From: Candidatus Multivorans sp.
GTDB taxonomy: Bacteria; Acidobacteriota; Thermoanaerobaculia; Multivoradales; Multivoraceae
Assembly (NCBI GenBank): GCA_965247095.1
Contig: OZ251997.1
Coordinates: 1,952,001 to 2,016,000, forward strand
DNA length: 64,000 bases
Direction: 5' to 3'
Shown: piece after piece, positions 26,532 to 35,944 of the stretch
Layout: each line of letters starts with the position of its first letter
Position numbering within the stretch: the stretch's first letter is position 1
Notes under the pieces: generated by a model
What the model was told of the DNA's origin: nothing
What the model saw: only the letters and a program-made list of their open reading frames with translations
The model's database searches: none
Translations under genes and position numbers: made by a program

Positions 26532-29500
26532 CGAAAACCTCCTCCATCGCGGCCTCGGCAGGCTCGGGCGGCGGCTTCACACCGTGGACCGCGAGTTGAG
26601 ACCGGAAGTCGTTCAGGATCGCGTAGAGCGACGGCACGAGCACCAGCGTGATCGCCGTCGCGAACAGGACGCCGAAGGCGAGCGAGACGGCCATGGGCAC
26701 CAGGAACTGCGCCTGGAAACTCCGCTCCAGGAGCAGCGGCAGCAGGCCGACGAAGGTGGTCAGCGAGGTCAGGACGATGGGCCGGAAGCGGGCGGCGCCG
26801 GCATCGCGGATCGCCTCGTGGACCATCATGCCGCTCGCAAGCCGCCGGTTGATGAAGTCGACCATGACCAGCGAGTCGTTGACGACCACACCAGTCAGGG
26901 CGATCAGGCCGAGGAGCGACAGCATGGTCAGGTTCAGACCGACCACCCGGTGGCCGACCACGGCGCCGATCAGGCCGAACGGGATCGCACTCATCACGAT
27001 CATCGGCTGCAGGTAGGAACGGAACGGAATCGCAAGCAGGGCGTAGATGACGATCAGCGCCACTCCCAGCGCTTCGAACAGCCCCTGGAAGGTCTGACGC
27101 TGCTCCTCCTGTTCGCCCGCGAACGAGGAATTGACACCGGGGTAGCCGGCCAGGATCTCGGGCAGCACGTTGGCTTCGAGGTCGCCGACGACTTCGTTCG
27201 CGGTCACGGCCCCCGGATCGACATCCGCCGTGATGTTGAGCACCCGCCGCCGGTCGATGCGCCCTATGGTCGCGAAACCGCGGCCGAAATCGGCGCGGCC
27301 CGCGAACGAGAACGGGACCTCGGCCCCGGTCGGCGTCCGGATCCGCATGTCCTCGAGCGACGCCAGGGTCTCCCGTTCCTCCAACGGATAGCGAACCATC
27401 ACCCTCACGTCGTCGCGCCCGCGCTGGATCCGCTGCGCCTCGGCGCCGTAGAAGCCCTGTCGCACCTGACGGCCGAGAGCCTCGAGGCTCAGGCCCAGGG
27501 CTTCGGCCCGCGGATCGAGCTCCAGCCGGATTTCCCGCTTGCCGGCACGGAAGGAGTCCGAGATGTCGAAGACGCCGGGGTAGTCGGCCAGGCGGGTCTT
27601 GATCTCCTCCCCCGCCGCCCGAAGCTGGTCGAGATCCGCACCGGTGAGCTGCACATCGACCGGCGAACCGAAGCTGACCAGACTCGCGGTGTACGCGACG
27701 CGGACCGCGTCGGGCACGCTGCCCACCTTCTCGCGCCACCGTCGGACGACCTCGGTGGCCCGGATCGTCCGCTCCCGGGACGACATGAGTTCGATGTTCA
27801 CCTCGCCCTGATGCGGCGCCGCGACCGCCACCTGGAAGCTGGCGGTCGGTCCGCTCGCCTGCTGCAGCGCCGCGTAGGGCTGCGAGCCAACCGTCGCCAT
27901 CACATGGCGGAATACGTCGCCGTGACCCTCGCGCCGCAGTTCCTCTCCGAGTTCGAAGGCCGCCGCTTCGATGCGCCCGACAGCCGCGAGGGTGGTCTCC
28001 GCCGGCGTTCCCTGCGGCATGGTCAGCAGCACGACCGCGTTGTCCGCCTCGACGTCCGGGAAGAACTCGAACTTCATCCGACCGGAGAAGATGTACCCGG
28101 CCACAATCATGAACACCGCCACTGCGATGGCCACGGTGGTGTACCGCCACTCGATCGCCCGTTCGATCAAGGGCCGGTAGGCGCGTTCGATCGCCCACTT
28201 CATCCCCTCGCCGAAGAAGCCCTGAAAACGGTACCAACCACGCGAGATGCCGTGCCGCTCCCGGTCTTCGCGCCGGTGCGACAGGTGGGACAGGTGATTC
28301 GGCAGCACCAGCATGGACTCGATCAACGAGAACGCCAGACAGCCGATGACCACCAGGGGAATCGTCCGCGCGATGGCGCCCGAGGGGCCTTCCATCGAGT
28401 AGATCAACGGCGAGAAGGCGGCCACGGTGGTGAGGATCGAGAACGTGACCGGCGTCGCCACCTGGCGCGCGCCGTCGATCGCCGCACGCATGCCCCGCTT
28501 GCCCATCTCGAAGTGGCGGTAGATGTTCTCGCCGACCACGATCGCGTCGTCGACCACGATCCCGAGCACCAGGATGAACGCGAACAGCGACATCACGTTG
28601 ATCGACACGTTGACGTACGGCAGCACGGCGAGCGCGCCCAGGAACGAGACCGCGATGCCGACCGACACCCACAGGGCCAAGCGGAGTTTCAGGAACAGGG
28701 CCAGCACCAGGAACACGAGCAGCAGACCCAACCGTCCGCTCTCGAGCAGGACCCGCAACCGGTCCTGCAGCGGCACCGTGTCGTCGAGCCAGGTGGTCAT
28801 CTGCAGGCCGGGCGGCAGGGCCGCCGACCTCTCCGCGATGAAGTCCTTGACCTGGCGGGCAATGCGGAGAGCGCTCTGATCGCCGACCCGGTAGACCTGG
28901 ACCAGGGCCACGGGCTGCCCGTCGAAGCGCGACGTCACGTCAGTCTCGGCGAAGCCGTCCGTCACCCGCGCGATGTCGCCTAGTACGAGCCGGCTGCCGT
29001 CAGCCCGCGCCCGCAGCACGATGCCGCCGAACTCGGCGCCCCGGTACGCCTGCCCCATCGTGCGCAGGAGGATCTCGCCCTCGCGCGCTCTGACCGCGCC
29101 GCCCGGAAGATCGAGCGATGACCGCCGCACCGCCAGCACGACCTCGTCGAAGGTCAGGCCGTACTGCCGGAGCGTGTCCTCCGAGACCTCGATCGAGATC
29201 TCGTAGGGCCGCACCGCGTCGAGTTCCACCTGGGTGATGTCGGGAAGTTCCGACAGGCCCTCGCGCACCTGCTCCGCGACCGCCTTGAGCGCCCGCTCCT
29301 CGACATCGCCGTAGACCGCCACCGTGATCACGCGGCGACGGATGAGCGCCTCCTGGATGATCGGCTTCTCGGTCTCTTCGGGAAAGGTCGTGATCGCGTC
29401 GATCCGCGACTTGACCTGGTCCAGCACCTCGCGGGTGTCGGCGCCGCTCTCCAGTTCGATGACCACGGTGGCGACTCCCTCCGCCGCCGTGGAGCGGACC

Positions 29501-29739
29501 TTGCCTATGCCCTCCAGGTCCTGCACCGCCTCCTCCACACGCAGGCAGACACCCTGCTCGACCTCTTCCGGCGCCGCACCCAGGTAGGGCACGGTCACCG
29601 TGATGCTCTGCGTCTCCAGGCTCGGGAAGACCTCGATCGGCATGCCGGTCATGGCGAGCAGACCCCAGACCACGACAAAGACCATCAACAGGTTCGCCGC
29701 CACGCCGTTGCGGGCGAACCAACCGATCACTCCGCTCAT
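26521..29739 (-). CDS. RND efflux transporter permease subunit
   Basis: 1072 aa; GIVVDDAIVVGEN, GVVVNDSLV, RFRPIVLTSLTT. Confidence 0.95.
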   Translation of the reverse strand: MSGVIGWFARNGVAANLLMVFVVVWGLLAMTGMPIEVFPSLETQSITVTVPYLGAAPEEVEQGVCLRVEEAVQDLEGIGKVRSTAAEGVATVVIELESGADTREVLDQVKSRIDAITTFPEETEKPIIQEALIRRRVITVAVYGDVEERALKAVAEQVREGLSELPDITQVELDAVRPYEISIEVSEDTLRQYGLTFDEVVLAVRRSSLDLPGGAVRAREGEILLRTMGQAYRGAEFGGIVLRARADGSRLVLGDIARVTDGFAETDVTSRFDGQPVALVQVYRVGDQSALRIARQVKDFIAERSAALPPGLQMTTWLDDTVPLQDRLRVLLESGRLGLLLVFLVLALFLKLRLALWVSVGIAVSFLGALAVLPYVNVSINVMSLFAFILVLGIVVDDAIVVGENIYRHFEMGKRGMRAAIDGARQVATPVTFSILTTVAAFSPLIYSMEGPSGAIARTIPLVVIGCLAFSLIESMLVLPNHLSHLSHRREDRERHGISRGWYRFQGFFGEGMKWAIERAYRPLIERAIEWRYTTVAIAVAVFMIVAGYIFSGRMKFEFFPDVEADNAVVLLTMPQGTPAETTLAAVGRIEAAAFELGEELRREGHGDVFRHVMATVGSQPYAALQQASGPTASFQVAVAAPHQGEVNIELMSSRERTIRATEVVRRWREKVGSVPDAVRVAYTASLVSFGSPVDVQLTGADLDQLRAAGEEIKTRLADYPGVFDISDSFRAGKREIRLELDPRAEALGLSLEALGRQVRQGFYGAEAQRIQRGRDDVRVMVRYPLEERETLASLEDMRIRTPTGAEVPFSFAGRADFGRGFATIGRIDRRRVLNITADVDPGAVTANEVVGDLEANVLPEILAGYPGVNSSFAGEQEEQRQTFQGLFEALGVALIVIYALLAIPFRSYLQPMIVMSAIPFGLIGAVVGHRVVGLNLTMLSLLGLIALTGVVVNDSLVMVDFINRRLASGMMVHEAIRDAGAARFRPIVLTSLTTFVGLLPLLLERSFQAQFLVPMAVSLAFGVLFATAITLVLVPSLYAILNDFRSQLAVHGVKPPPEPAEAAMEEVFDAV

Positions 29740-31328
29740 GGCGCGCCGCCGCGCAGACGCAGACGCAGCCCCGCACGATCCGCGATCGGCTCCACGTCGC
29801 CCGCGGCGGCGCCGTCGATGACCACGCGGGTGACCGGGTCGGCGCCGCCGCGGAACTGGGCGACACGGACAGAGCGTGCCGGCGAGCCGCCGGTTGAACC
29901 TCCGTCACCCTCCTGGTCCACGGCGACCAGGGTGTTCGAGACCCGCATCACGCAACCCGAAAGGTCGACCACGTAGCGCGGCGGATCGTCCAGCCAGAAT
30001 GTCCGGTAGACGGGTTCGCCGCCGGCGCGGAGCAGCACGTCGACGTACCCGGCGCCGCGCTCCAGTTCGACGCCGGTGAGGGTCAATCGCCGGGTCTTGA
30101 GCGGGTCGGCGGCGGCGGCGCCGCGGGCAGCCGGGGCCGCGGGTGTCGGCTCCTCGGCGCCGGTCGCAGGCGCAGCGGGCGCGGGCACAGGCTCCAACTC
30201 CGGCGTCACCGCCATGCCGTCCATGGCCGTTTCGAGAATCGTCAAACTGATCCGATCGCCGCTTACAAGGCCGTCGGAGACGATCGCCACCTCCGGATCC
30301 GAGCGCAGGACCCCGACCTGCCGCAGGGCCAGCCGGCCGTCCTCTACCAACCACAGCCGGTCCGCGCCCACCAGCGCGCCGCGCGGCACCTCGAACACGG
30401 AGTCGACCGAACGCCCGACCACTTCCGCGTCCACGAACAGACCCACCGACAGCGGCGGGCGTTCCCCAACCGCCCGGTAAGGGTCCTCCACGCGGGCGAT
30501 CAAGTTCACCATGCGCGTCGCCGGGTCGATCTCGCCGCCGACGCGGACGATCCGGGCCTCCCATTCGTGCCGCCCGCCGGCGAACTGCGCCCGCAACAGC
30601 ACCCGCGGCCCGCCGCCCCCCAGTGCCGTGCCCAGCGGCAGGTCGAGGAAGGCGAGCTCCGAGTCGGGTACCGGCAGGGTGACCTCGGCCGCGTCCACGG
30701 AGTAGATCGTCGCCAGGGGCGCGCCGCGGTTCACGAACTCGCCGCGGTCTACCCGCTTGGCGCGCAGGCGGCCGGCAAACGGCGCCCGGATCGCCGTTCG
30801 CTCCAGATCCAGGTCGGCGCGAGCCTGGTTCGCCAGGGCGGCCTCGAGACGGGCCCTGGCCTCGTCCAACTGAGGCTCGCGGAGCACCAGGGGCCCCGGC
30901 TCGCCAGACTCGCCCAGATCCTCCCACTCCTCCCGCGCGACCTCGGCCTCCGCCTCCTCCCGCGTCAGCGCGACCCGCGCCTGCGCCACCGACGCCCGGG
31001 CGCTGGCGACCGCCAGCTCGTAGTCGCGGCGGTCCAGCCGCAGCAACACGTCACCGGCGTCGAAGAACCCGCCGACCTCGAAGCTCGCAGCCACCCAGAC
31101 GATGTTGCCGGCGACCTCCGAGACCAGGCCGGCCTCGGTCACAGGAACCACCGATCCCTGAGAGCGCACGCTGAGTTCGAGCGAGGTCGGCGCCACAGTC
31201 AGGACCCGGACAGGAGGCGGCACGACCTGCCGCGGCGCGGTCTCCACCACCGGCCGCGATATCACCAGACCCACGACGATCACCACGGTAAGCGCCACGA
31301 CCGCGACGGGCAGAATCCACTTCAGCAC
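29736..31328 (-). CDS. RND periplasmic adaptor (MFP) fused to a C-terminal AMIN domain
   Basis: Lipoyl/coiled-coil MFP core (SEVAG...DLERTAIRAPFAG), Ala/Pro linker, then YRTFWLDDPPRYVVDL...VRVAQF...TRVVID (AMIN). Confidence 0.85.
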   Translation of the reverse strand: MLKWILPVAVVALTVVIVVGLVISRPVVETAPRQVVPPPVRVLTVAPTSLELSVRSQGSVVPVTEAGLVSEVAGNIVWVAASFEVGGFFDAGDVLLRLDRRDYELAVASARASVAQARVALTREEAEAEVAREEWEDLGESGEPGPLVLREPQLDEARARLEAALANQARADLDLERTAIRAPFAGRLRAKRVDRGEFVNRGAPLATIYSVDAAEVTLPVPDSELAFLDLPLGTALGGGGPRVLLRAQFAGGRHEWEARIVRVGGEIDPATRMVNLIARVEDPYRAVGERPPLSVGLFVDAEVVGRSVDSVFEVPRGALVGADRLWLVEDGRLALRQVGVLRSDPEVAIVSDGLVSGDRISLTILETAMDGMAVTPELEPVPAPAAPATGAEEPTPAAPAARGAAAADPLKTRRLTLTGVELERGAGYVDVLLRAGGEPVYRTFWLDDPPRYVVDLSGCVMRVSNTLVAVDQEGDGGSTGGSPARSVRVAQFRGGADPVTRVVIDGAAAGDVEPIADRAGLRLRLRGGAP

Positions 31329-31330
31329 GT

Positions 31331-32839
31331 TCAGTCTCCGCCTCCAGCGACCGGGGCGCCCAGACCGCCATAGACGCCCCCACCCAACGCCAGGATCAGA
31401 TCCGTCCGCGATTCGAGTTGCTGCCGACGGGCGGCAAGCAATTGGCGCTCCGATTCGAACGACGTGCGCTGACTGTCGAGCACCTGCAGGTAGCCCACCA
31501 GTCCCTGCCGGTACCGGCCCTCGGCCAGGCGTTCCGCCTCCCGGCTCTCGGTAGCCGCCCGCTCCAGCGCCCCTGTCCGCTCCGCCAGCATCCGTTCCGC
31601 CACGAGACCCGACTCGACTTCCGCGAAGGCCGCGAGAGCCGTCTGCAACCAGTTCGCCTCCGCCGCGTCCAGGCCCGCCAGCACCAGATCCCGCCCGGCG
31701 CGGAGCCGGCCACCCGAAAGCAGGGGCTGCAGCAGGCCGGCGGCCACACTCCAGACCGAGAAGTCTCCGTCCAGCAGGTCGCTGAGCTCTCCGCTCGACG
31801 TGCCCGACGAGCCGTTGAGCCTGAAGGTCGGGTACAGAGCCCGGCGGGCGGCGCGGAGCCGTTCGGACGAGGCGACCGCGCGGTACTCTGCCGCCCGCAG
31901 GTCCGGCCGGCGCGCGAGCAGATCCGCCGGCACGCCGGTCGCGGGCAGCGGCGGCAATTCGGGCAGGCCCTCGGCCGCCTCGATCTCGCCCGCCGGATAG
32001 CGCCCCAGCAGGACCTCCATCTGGCGGCGCAGCCCGTCGAGCGCCTGCCTCTGCGCCGCCAGCGAGGCCTCGACCGTCGCAATCTGGGCGCGCGCCTGCC
32101 GCACCTCGAGCGCGGTCGCCACACCCCGCCGGTAGCGGGCCCCGATCCGGTCGCGTGTCCGCTCGCGGCTCGCCAGAGTGCGTCGGAGGAGTTCCTCCTG
32201 CTGCACCGCCTCGACGACCCCGAAGTACACCTTCGCGAGCTGGCCGGCGATCGAGAGGCGCGCCCCGTCGAAGTCGGCCTCGCCCGCCGCCGCCTCGGTC
32301 AGGGAGGCCGCCGTCACGGCGCGGAGCCGGCCCCACAGGTCGACCTCCCAGCGGACGTTCAGCGCCAGACCGTAGCTGGTGAAGGCGAAGCTGCGCACGC
32401 CACCCGGCTCGAAGCCCGGAATCGGGATCGGAATCGCCTTGGTCAGGCCGCTCTGGGCGGTGTTCTGCTTGCGCCGGCCGGGGTCGAGCGCCGCCTCCAA
32501 CTCCGGATTCCCCGCCGCCCCGTCGATCCGGGCCTGGGCAAAGGCCGTCTCGACATTCGCGGCCGCGGCGCGCAGGCTCGCGTTGTGCTCCAAACCCTCG
32601 ACGATCAACTGCGACAGCAGCGGATCGCCGAAATCGCTCCACCAGTCCGACGCGACCTGCGAGGAGCCGGCCGACGCCTCCGCCGAGGCCGCCGCATCGC
32701 CGAACTCGGCCGCCACAGGCGCTTCCAGAGCCGGCGGACCAGGGCCCACAGCACTGCAACCGAGCCAGAGGATCGGAGCGGCGACTAGCGACCAGCGCAG
32801 CCGGCCCAGGACGCCACCATGAAGGTGAACCATCATCAT
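31331..32839 (-). CDS. TolC/NodT-family outer-membrane efflux lipoprotein
   Basis: Lipobox LWLGC, WWSDFGDP, WEVDLWG, LLARRPDL, LALGGG. Confidence 0.92.
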   Translation of the reverse strand: MMMVHLHGGVLGRLRWSLVAAPILWLGCSAVGPGPPALEAPVAAEFGDAAASAEASAGSSQVASDWWSDFGDPLLSQLIVEGLEHNASLRAAAANVETAFAQARIDGAAGNPELEAALDPGRRKQNTAQSGLTKAIPIPIPGFEPGGVRSFAFTSYGLALNVRWEVDLWGRLRAVTAASLTEAAAGEADFDGARLSIAGQLAKVYFGVVEAVQQEELLRRTLASRERTRDRIGARYRRGVATALEVRQARAQIATVEASLAAQRQALDGLRRQMEVLLGRYPAGEIEAAEGLPELPPLPATGVPADLLARRPDLRAAEYRAVASSERLRAARRALYPTFRLNGSSGTSSGELSDLLDGDFSVWSVAAGLLQPLLSGGRLRAGRDLVLAGLDAAEANWLQTALAAFAEVESGLVAERMLAERTGALERAATESREAERLAEGRYRQGLVGYLQVLDSQRTSFESERQLLAARRQQLESRTDLILALGGGVYGGLGAPVAGGGD

Positions 32840-32846
32840 GAAGGGG

Positions 32847-32864
32847 AACCAACGTAGGTTGGTT
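32847..32864. promoter_or_regulatory. Palindromic operator-like site between the divergent RND and amidase operons
   Basis: AACCAAC-gtag-GTTGGTT perfect 7-bp inverted repeat just upstream of the tolC-like start. Confidence 0.4.
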
Positions 32865-32977
32865 GTCGGGTACGGACGATCGACTCGAGAGTTCGACGCC
32901 GAGCCGAGACTACTAGCCGCCGAGGGCCGGGAATCAGTTAGCGTCATCCCGATGGCACCCGACCCGGAGCAGGTTCC

Positions 32978-34066
32978 GTGACCCCGGAGGATCGCGGCGC
33001 CAACCCGCCTTCCGGACACCGCCGCGTCGACCGGCAGCTCAAGCTCGACCTGATCGAGGCCGCCGTGCGCGAGAACGAGGCCGAGCTTGGCCGGCAAGGT
33101 TCCGACCCCGCCGGGAGCGACGGTCCGAAACGCCGACGGCGACGCCGTTTCTCACCCTGGAGCCTGCTCCTGCTGGCGCCGATCGCCGCCGCCGCCGGAC
33201 TCGGCTACCTGGAGCTGAAGCGCCCGGGAGCGGAGATCCAACCCGACCCGCCCGTCGAGGCGGCGCCGCCGGCGCCCGAAGTCCGTTTCACCGAGCCGCC
33301 GGAATCCCTCAACCTCAGCGTCTTCCCGCTGCCCATCAAGAGAATCGTGCTCGATCCGGGTCACGGTGGCGCCGCCTCCGGTACGGTGGCCGGAGGACTG
33401 GCCGAAAAGGACCTCGCGCTCGACATCGCCCGTCGGGTACGCGAGTTGCTGTCCGACCGGTACCGGGTCGCAATGACCCGCGAGGCGGACTTCGAAGTCG
33501 AACTCGATCGTCGTTCCGGCATCGCCAACCGGGCCGGGGCCGATCTGTTCGTCTCGATTCACGTGAACTGGTTGACGCGGAACCAGGCCTGCGGCGTCGA
33601 GACCTACTACCTCGGCCCCACCGACGACCCCGAGCTGACCGCACTCGCCGAACGGGAGAATGCCGAGGCGCACAGCTACTCCCTGGCCGATCTGCGCCGC
33701 CTCCTCGACGGCGTCTACGCACAGGCCATGCAGGACGAAAGCCGCACTCTCGCCAACGCGGTTCAGGACGCCCTGTTCGCACAACTGCAGACATCGAATC
33801 CGGAGCTACGGAATCGCGGCGTGAAGACGGCGCCCTTCGTGGTCCTGATCGACGCCGAGATGCCGGCCATCCTGGCCGAGGTGTCCTGCCTTTCGGACGC
33901 CGAGGAGATCGACCGGCTGCGCGAGGCCGACTACCTCCAGTCGATTGCCGAAGCCCTCGATGCGGGCATCCGGAGCTACGCCGACTCGCTTCTCTTGTCG
34001 GCCGAGCCGCCGGCAGCAGATCCGGCGCTAAGCTCCGCGACTTTGGAGATCAAGGAAGAGCAGTGA
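32978..34066 (+). CDS. N-acetylmuramoyl-L-alanine amidase (Amidase_3) with N-terminal membrane anchor
   Basis: Zn and catalytic residues in LDPGHGG, EKDLAL, FVSIHVN, AILAEV; poly-Arg followed by a TM helix at aa ~51-80. Confidence 0.93.
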   Translation: MTPEDRGANPPSGHRRVDRQLKLDLIEAAVRENEAELGRQGSDPAGSDGPKRRRRRRFSPWSLLLLAPIAAAAGLGYLELKRPGAEIQPDPPVEAAPPAPEVRFTEPPESLNLSVFPLPIKRIVLDPGHGGAASGTVAGGLAEKDLALDIARRVRELLSDRYRVAMTREADFEVELDRRSGIANRAGADLFVSIHVNWLTRNQACGVETYYLGPTDDPELTALAERENAEAHSYSLADLRRLLDGVYAQAMQDESRTLANAVQDALFAQLQTSNPELRNRGVKTAPFVVLIDAEMPAILAEVSCLSDAEEIDRLREADYLQSIAEALDAGIRSYADSLLLSAEPPAADPALSSATLEIKEEQ

Positions 34067-35097
34067 GCAACACCACATCCAACGGGGAAGTCCTCAAGGT
34101 CGGCATCGACCTGGGGACCTCGCGGAGTTCGATCTCGGCCGCGAACGGCCAGCGCCACATGGTGCAGAGCTACGTCGGCTGGCCCCGGGACATGGTGGCG
34201 AGGAAGGTGCTCGGGCGCGACGTGCTGATCGGCGCCGAAGCACTGGAGCACCGCCCCATGCTCAACCTGCGCCGGCCGCTGGAGCGGGGTCTGATCAAGG
34301 AGGGATCGGTCCAGGACGAGAAGGCCGTCCGCGAACTGGTTCGCCGGCTGCTGGAACTGGCGGCGCCGCCAGGACCCGGGCCGGCGCCCGCGATCCACGC
34401 CGTCGTCGGCGTTCCCGCCGAAACGCTCAGGGTCAACCGCCAGAACCTGCGGCGCATCCTGACCGGCCTGGTCGCGAACACGATCATCGTCTCCGAACCG
34501 TTCGCCGTTGCCTACGGACTGGATGCCCTGCTTCACACGATGGTCATCGACGTCGGCGCCGGCACGACCGACTTCTGCGTCCTGATGGGCCGCTTCCCGA
34601 CAGAGGACGATCAGCGCACCCTGAGCGCCGCCGGCGACGCCGTGGACCGTCACCTGTACGGCCTGATCGAAGAGCGCTACCCCGACGCCTCGGTGTCCAT
34701 CCACATGGTGCGGGCCTGGAAGGAACGTCACTCCTTCGTCGGCGAGAGCGACCCGGTCGTGGTCGACGTGCCGGTGCGCGGCAAGCCGACCCGGATCGAC
34801 ATCACCGAGCCCATGCGGCGCGCCTGCGAGAGCCTGCTGGAGCCCCTGCGCGAGACGATGCTGGACCTGATCGCGAAGGTCGAACCCGAGTACCAGAGCC
34901 GGATCCGCAGCAACCTGATCCTCACGGGCGGCTCCGGCCTGATCCGGGGCCTCGGCGCCGAGCTGCAGCAGGCCCTCGGCGAACTCGGCGGCGGCCACGT
35001 GCGCGTGGTCAAGGACCCTGTCTTCGTCGGCTCCGACGGCGGCCTGAGCCTGGCCAGGGACGCCAACGACGAGTACTGGAAGCGCCTCGCCGGCTAG
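34063..35097 (+). CDS. Actin-like ATPase of the MamK type
   Basis: GIDLGTS, YVGWPRD, AVVGVPA, VSEPFAVAYGL, IDVGAGTTD, EPEYQ, GGSGLIRGL, VKDPVF, EYWKRL; follows MamK rather than MreB motifs; GTGA overlap with amidase. Confidence 0.88.
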   Translation: MSNTTSNGEVLKVGIDLGTSRSSISAANGQRHMVQSYVGWPRDMVARKVLGRDVLIGAEALEHRPMLNLRRPLERGLIKEGSVQDEKAVRELVRRLLELAAPPGPGPAPAIHAVVGVPAETLRVNRQNLRRILTGLVANTIIVSEPFAVAYGLDALLHTMVIDVGAGTTDFCVLMGRFPTEDDQRTLSAAGDAVDRHLYGLIEERYPDASVSIHMVRAWKERHSFVGESDPVVVDVPVRGKPTRIDITEPMRRACESLLEPLRETMLDLIAKVEPEYQSRIRSNLILTGGSGLIRGLGAELQQALGELGGGHVRVVKDPVFVGSDGGLSLARDANDEYWKRLAG

Positions 35098-35119
35098 CAG
35101 CGCAGGTGGGTTGATGCTC

Positions 35120-35944
35120 CTACCGCCGGGCAACCAGATAGACGACCCAACTGCCGTCGTTGGCGAGCCTGGTGCGGTGCCGGAAGACGCCGTTGGGCTC
35201 GTCGGTGTCGGTGTCCCATCCCTCGCCGTAGACCTCGACTTTGCCGAAGCCGGCCTCGGCCAGGAGTTCGCGGATCTCGGGCAGGGTCCACATCCGCCAC
35301 GCGTAGCGGAACAGGTTGCGGACACGCTCGCTGCCCTCCGGCGTGAAGTGCATCGCGCACTTCATCCAGTGATCGACAGCGTTGAAGGACGCCTGGTCCC
35401 AGGTGTAGGTGAACGCCGGCAACGCCACGCCGTCGACGCCGACGGAGGCCTCGACCGCGGTGTCCTCCGTCGCGGTCTGGAACGAGTCCGTGCCGCCGAA
35501 GGCATCGAGTACGAACAGGCCGTCGACCGCGAGGGAGCTTCGGGCGGCGCCGAAGTACTCCAGCATGTCGGCCCGCTTCGGGAACAGGAAGTACGAGAAG
35601 TTGAACGCGACCTGCAGATCGACCGGCGGGCCGCCAACCGACCGCACGTCTCTGCATTCGAGTTCGACCCGGTCTTCGACGAAGTTCGCCTCCACCCTGT
35701 TGCGCCAACCCCAGTCCAGGGTCGGCCGGTCGAGATCGACGCCCCACGCGCGGTTCACGGACCGTCGCGATGCGAACGCGCTCGCGAGCGAGGCCGTGCC
35801 GCAGAAGTCCTCCCGCAGGGTCACCGGTCGCCGGCCGTTCAGCCGGCGGTAGACCCGGTCGAGGAAGTCGAGGTCCACCTCCACGTTCTGGACCGCCGCC
35901 TCGTAGAACCGATGGCGGTGGCGGCGAACTTCGGACGGCTTCAC
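35120..35944 (-). CDS. Class I SAM-dependent methyltransferase
   Basis: FYEAAVQ, LREDFCGTA, GVDLD, AFNFSY, GLFVLD. Confidence 0.85.
   Translation of the reverse strand: MKPSEVRRHRHRFYEAAVQNVEVDLDFLDRVYRRLNGRRPVTLREDFCGTASLASAFASRRSVNRAWGVDLDRPTLDWGWRNRVEANFVEDRVELECRDVRSVGGPPVDLQVAFNFSYFLFPKRADMLEYFGAARSSLAVDGLFVLDAFGGTDSFQTATEDTAVEASVGVDGVALPAFTYTWDQASFNAVDHWMKCAMHFTPEGSERVRNLFRYAWRMWTLPEIRELLAEAGFGKVEVYGEGWDTDTDEPNGVFRHRTRLANDGSWVVYLVARR

Noticed and set aside
25996-28983. 995-aa plus-strand ORF and similar long antisense or alternate-frame ORFs (e.g. 807-2399, 5171-6841, 56696-58522)
   Set aside because: Shadow ORFs of well-supported genes in high-GC DNA; Arg/Pro/Ala-rich with no motifs
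29736-32852. 1038-aa ORF suggesting a giant adaptor fusion
   Set aside because: The N-terminal half is an alternate frame of the TolC-like gene; the real adaptor starts near 31328
34063-35097. Magnetosome island, or a standard mreB call
   Set aside because: No other mam genes and no mreC/mreD in the window; only the MamK-like family resemblance is supported
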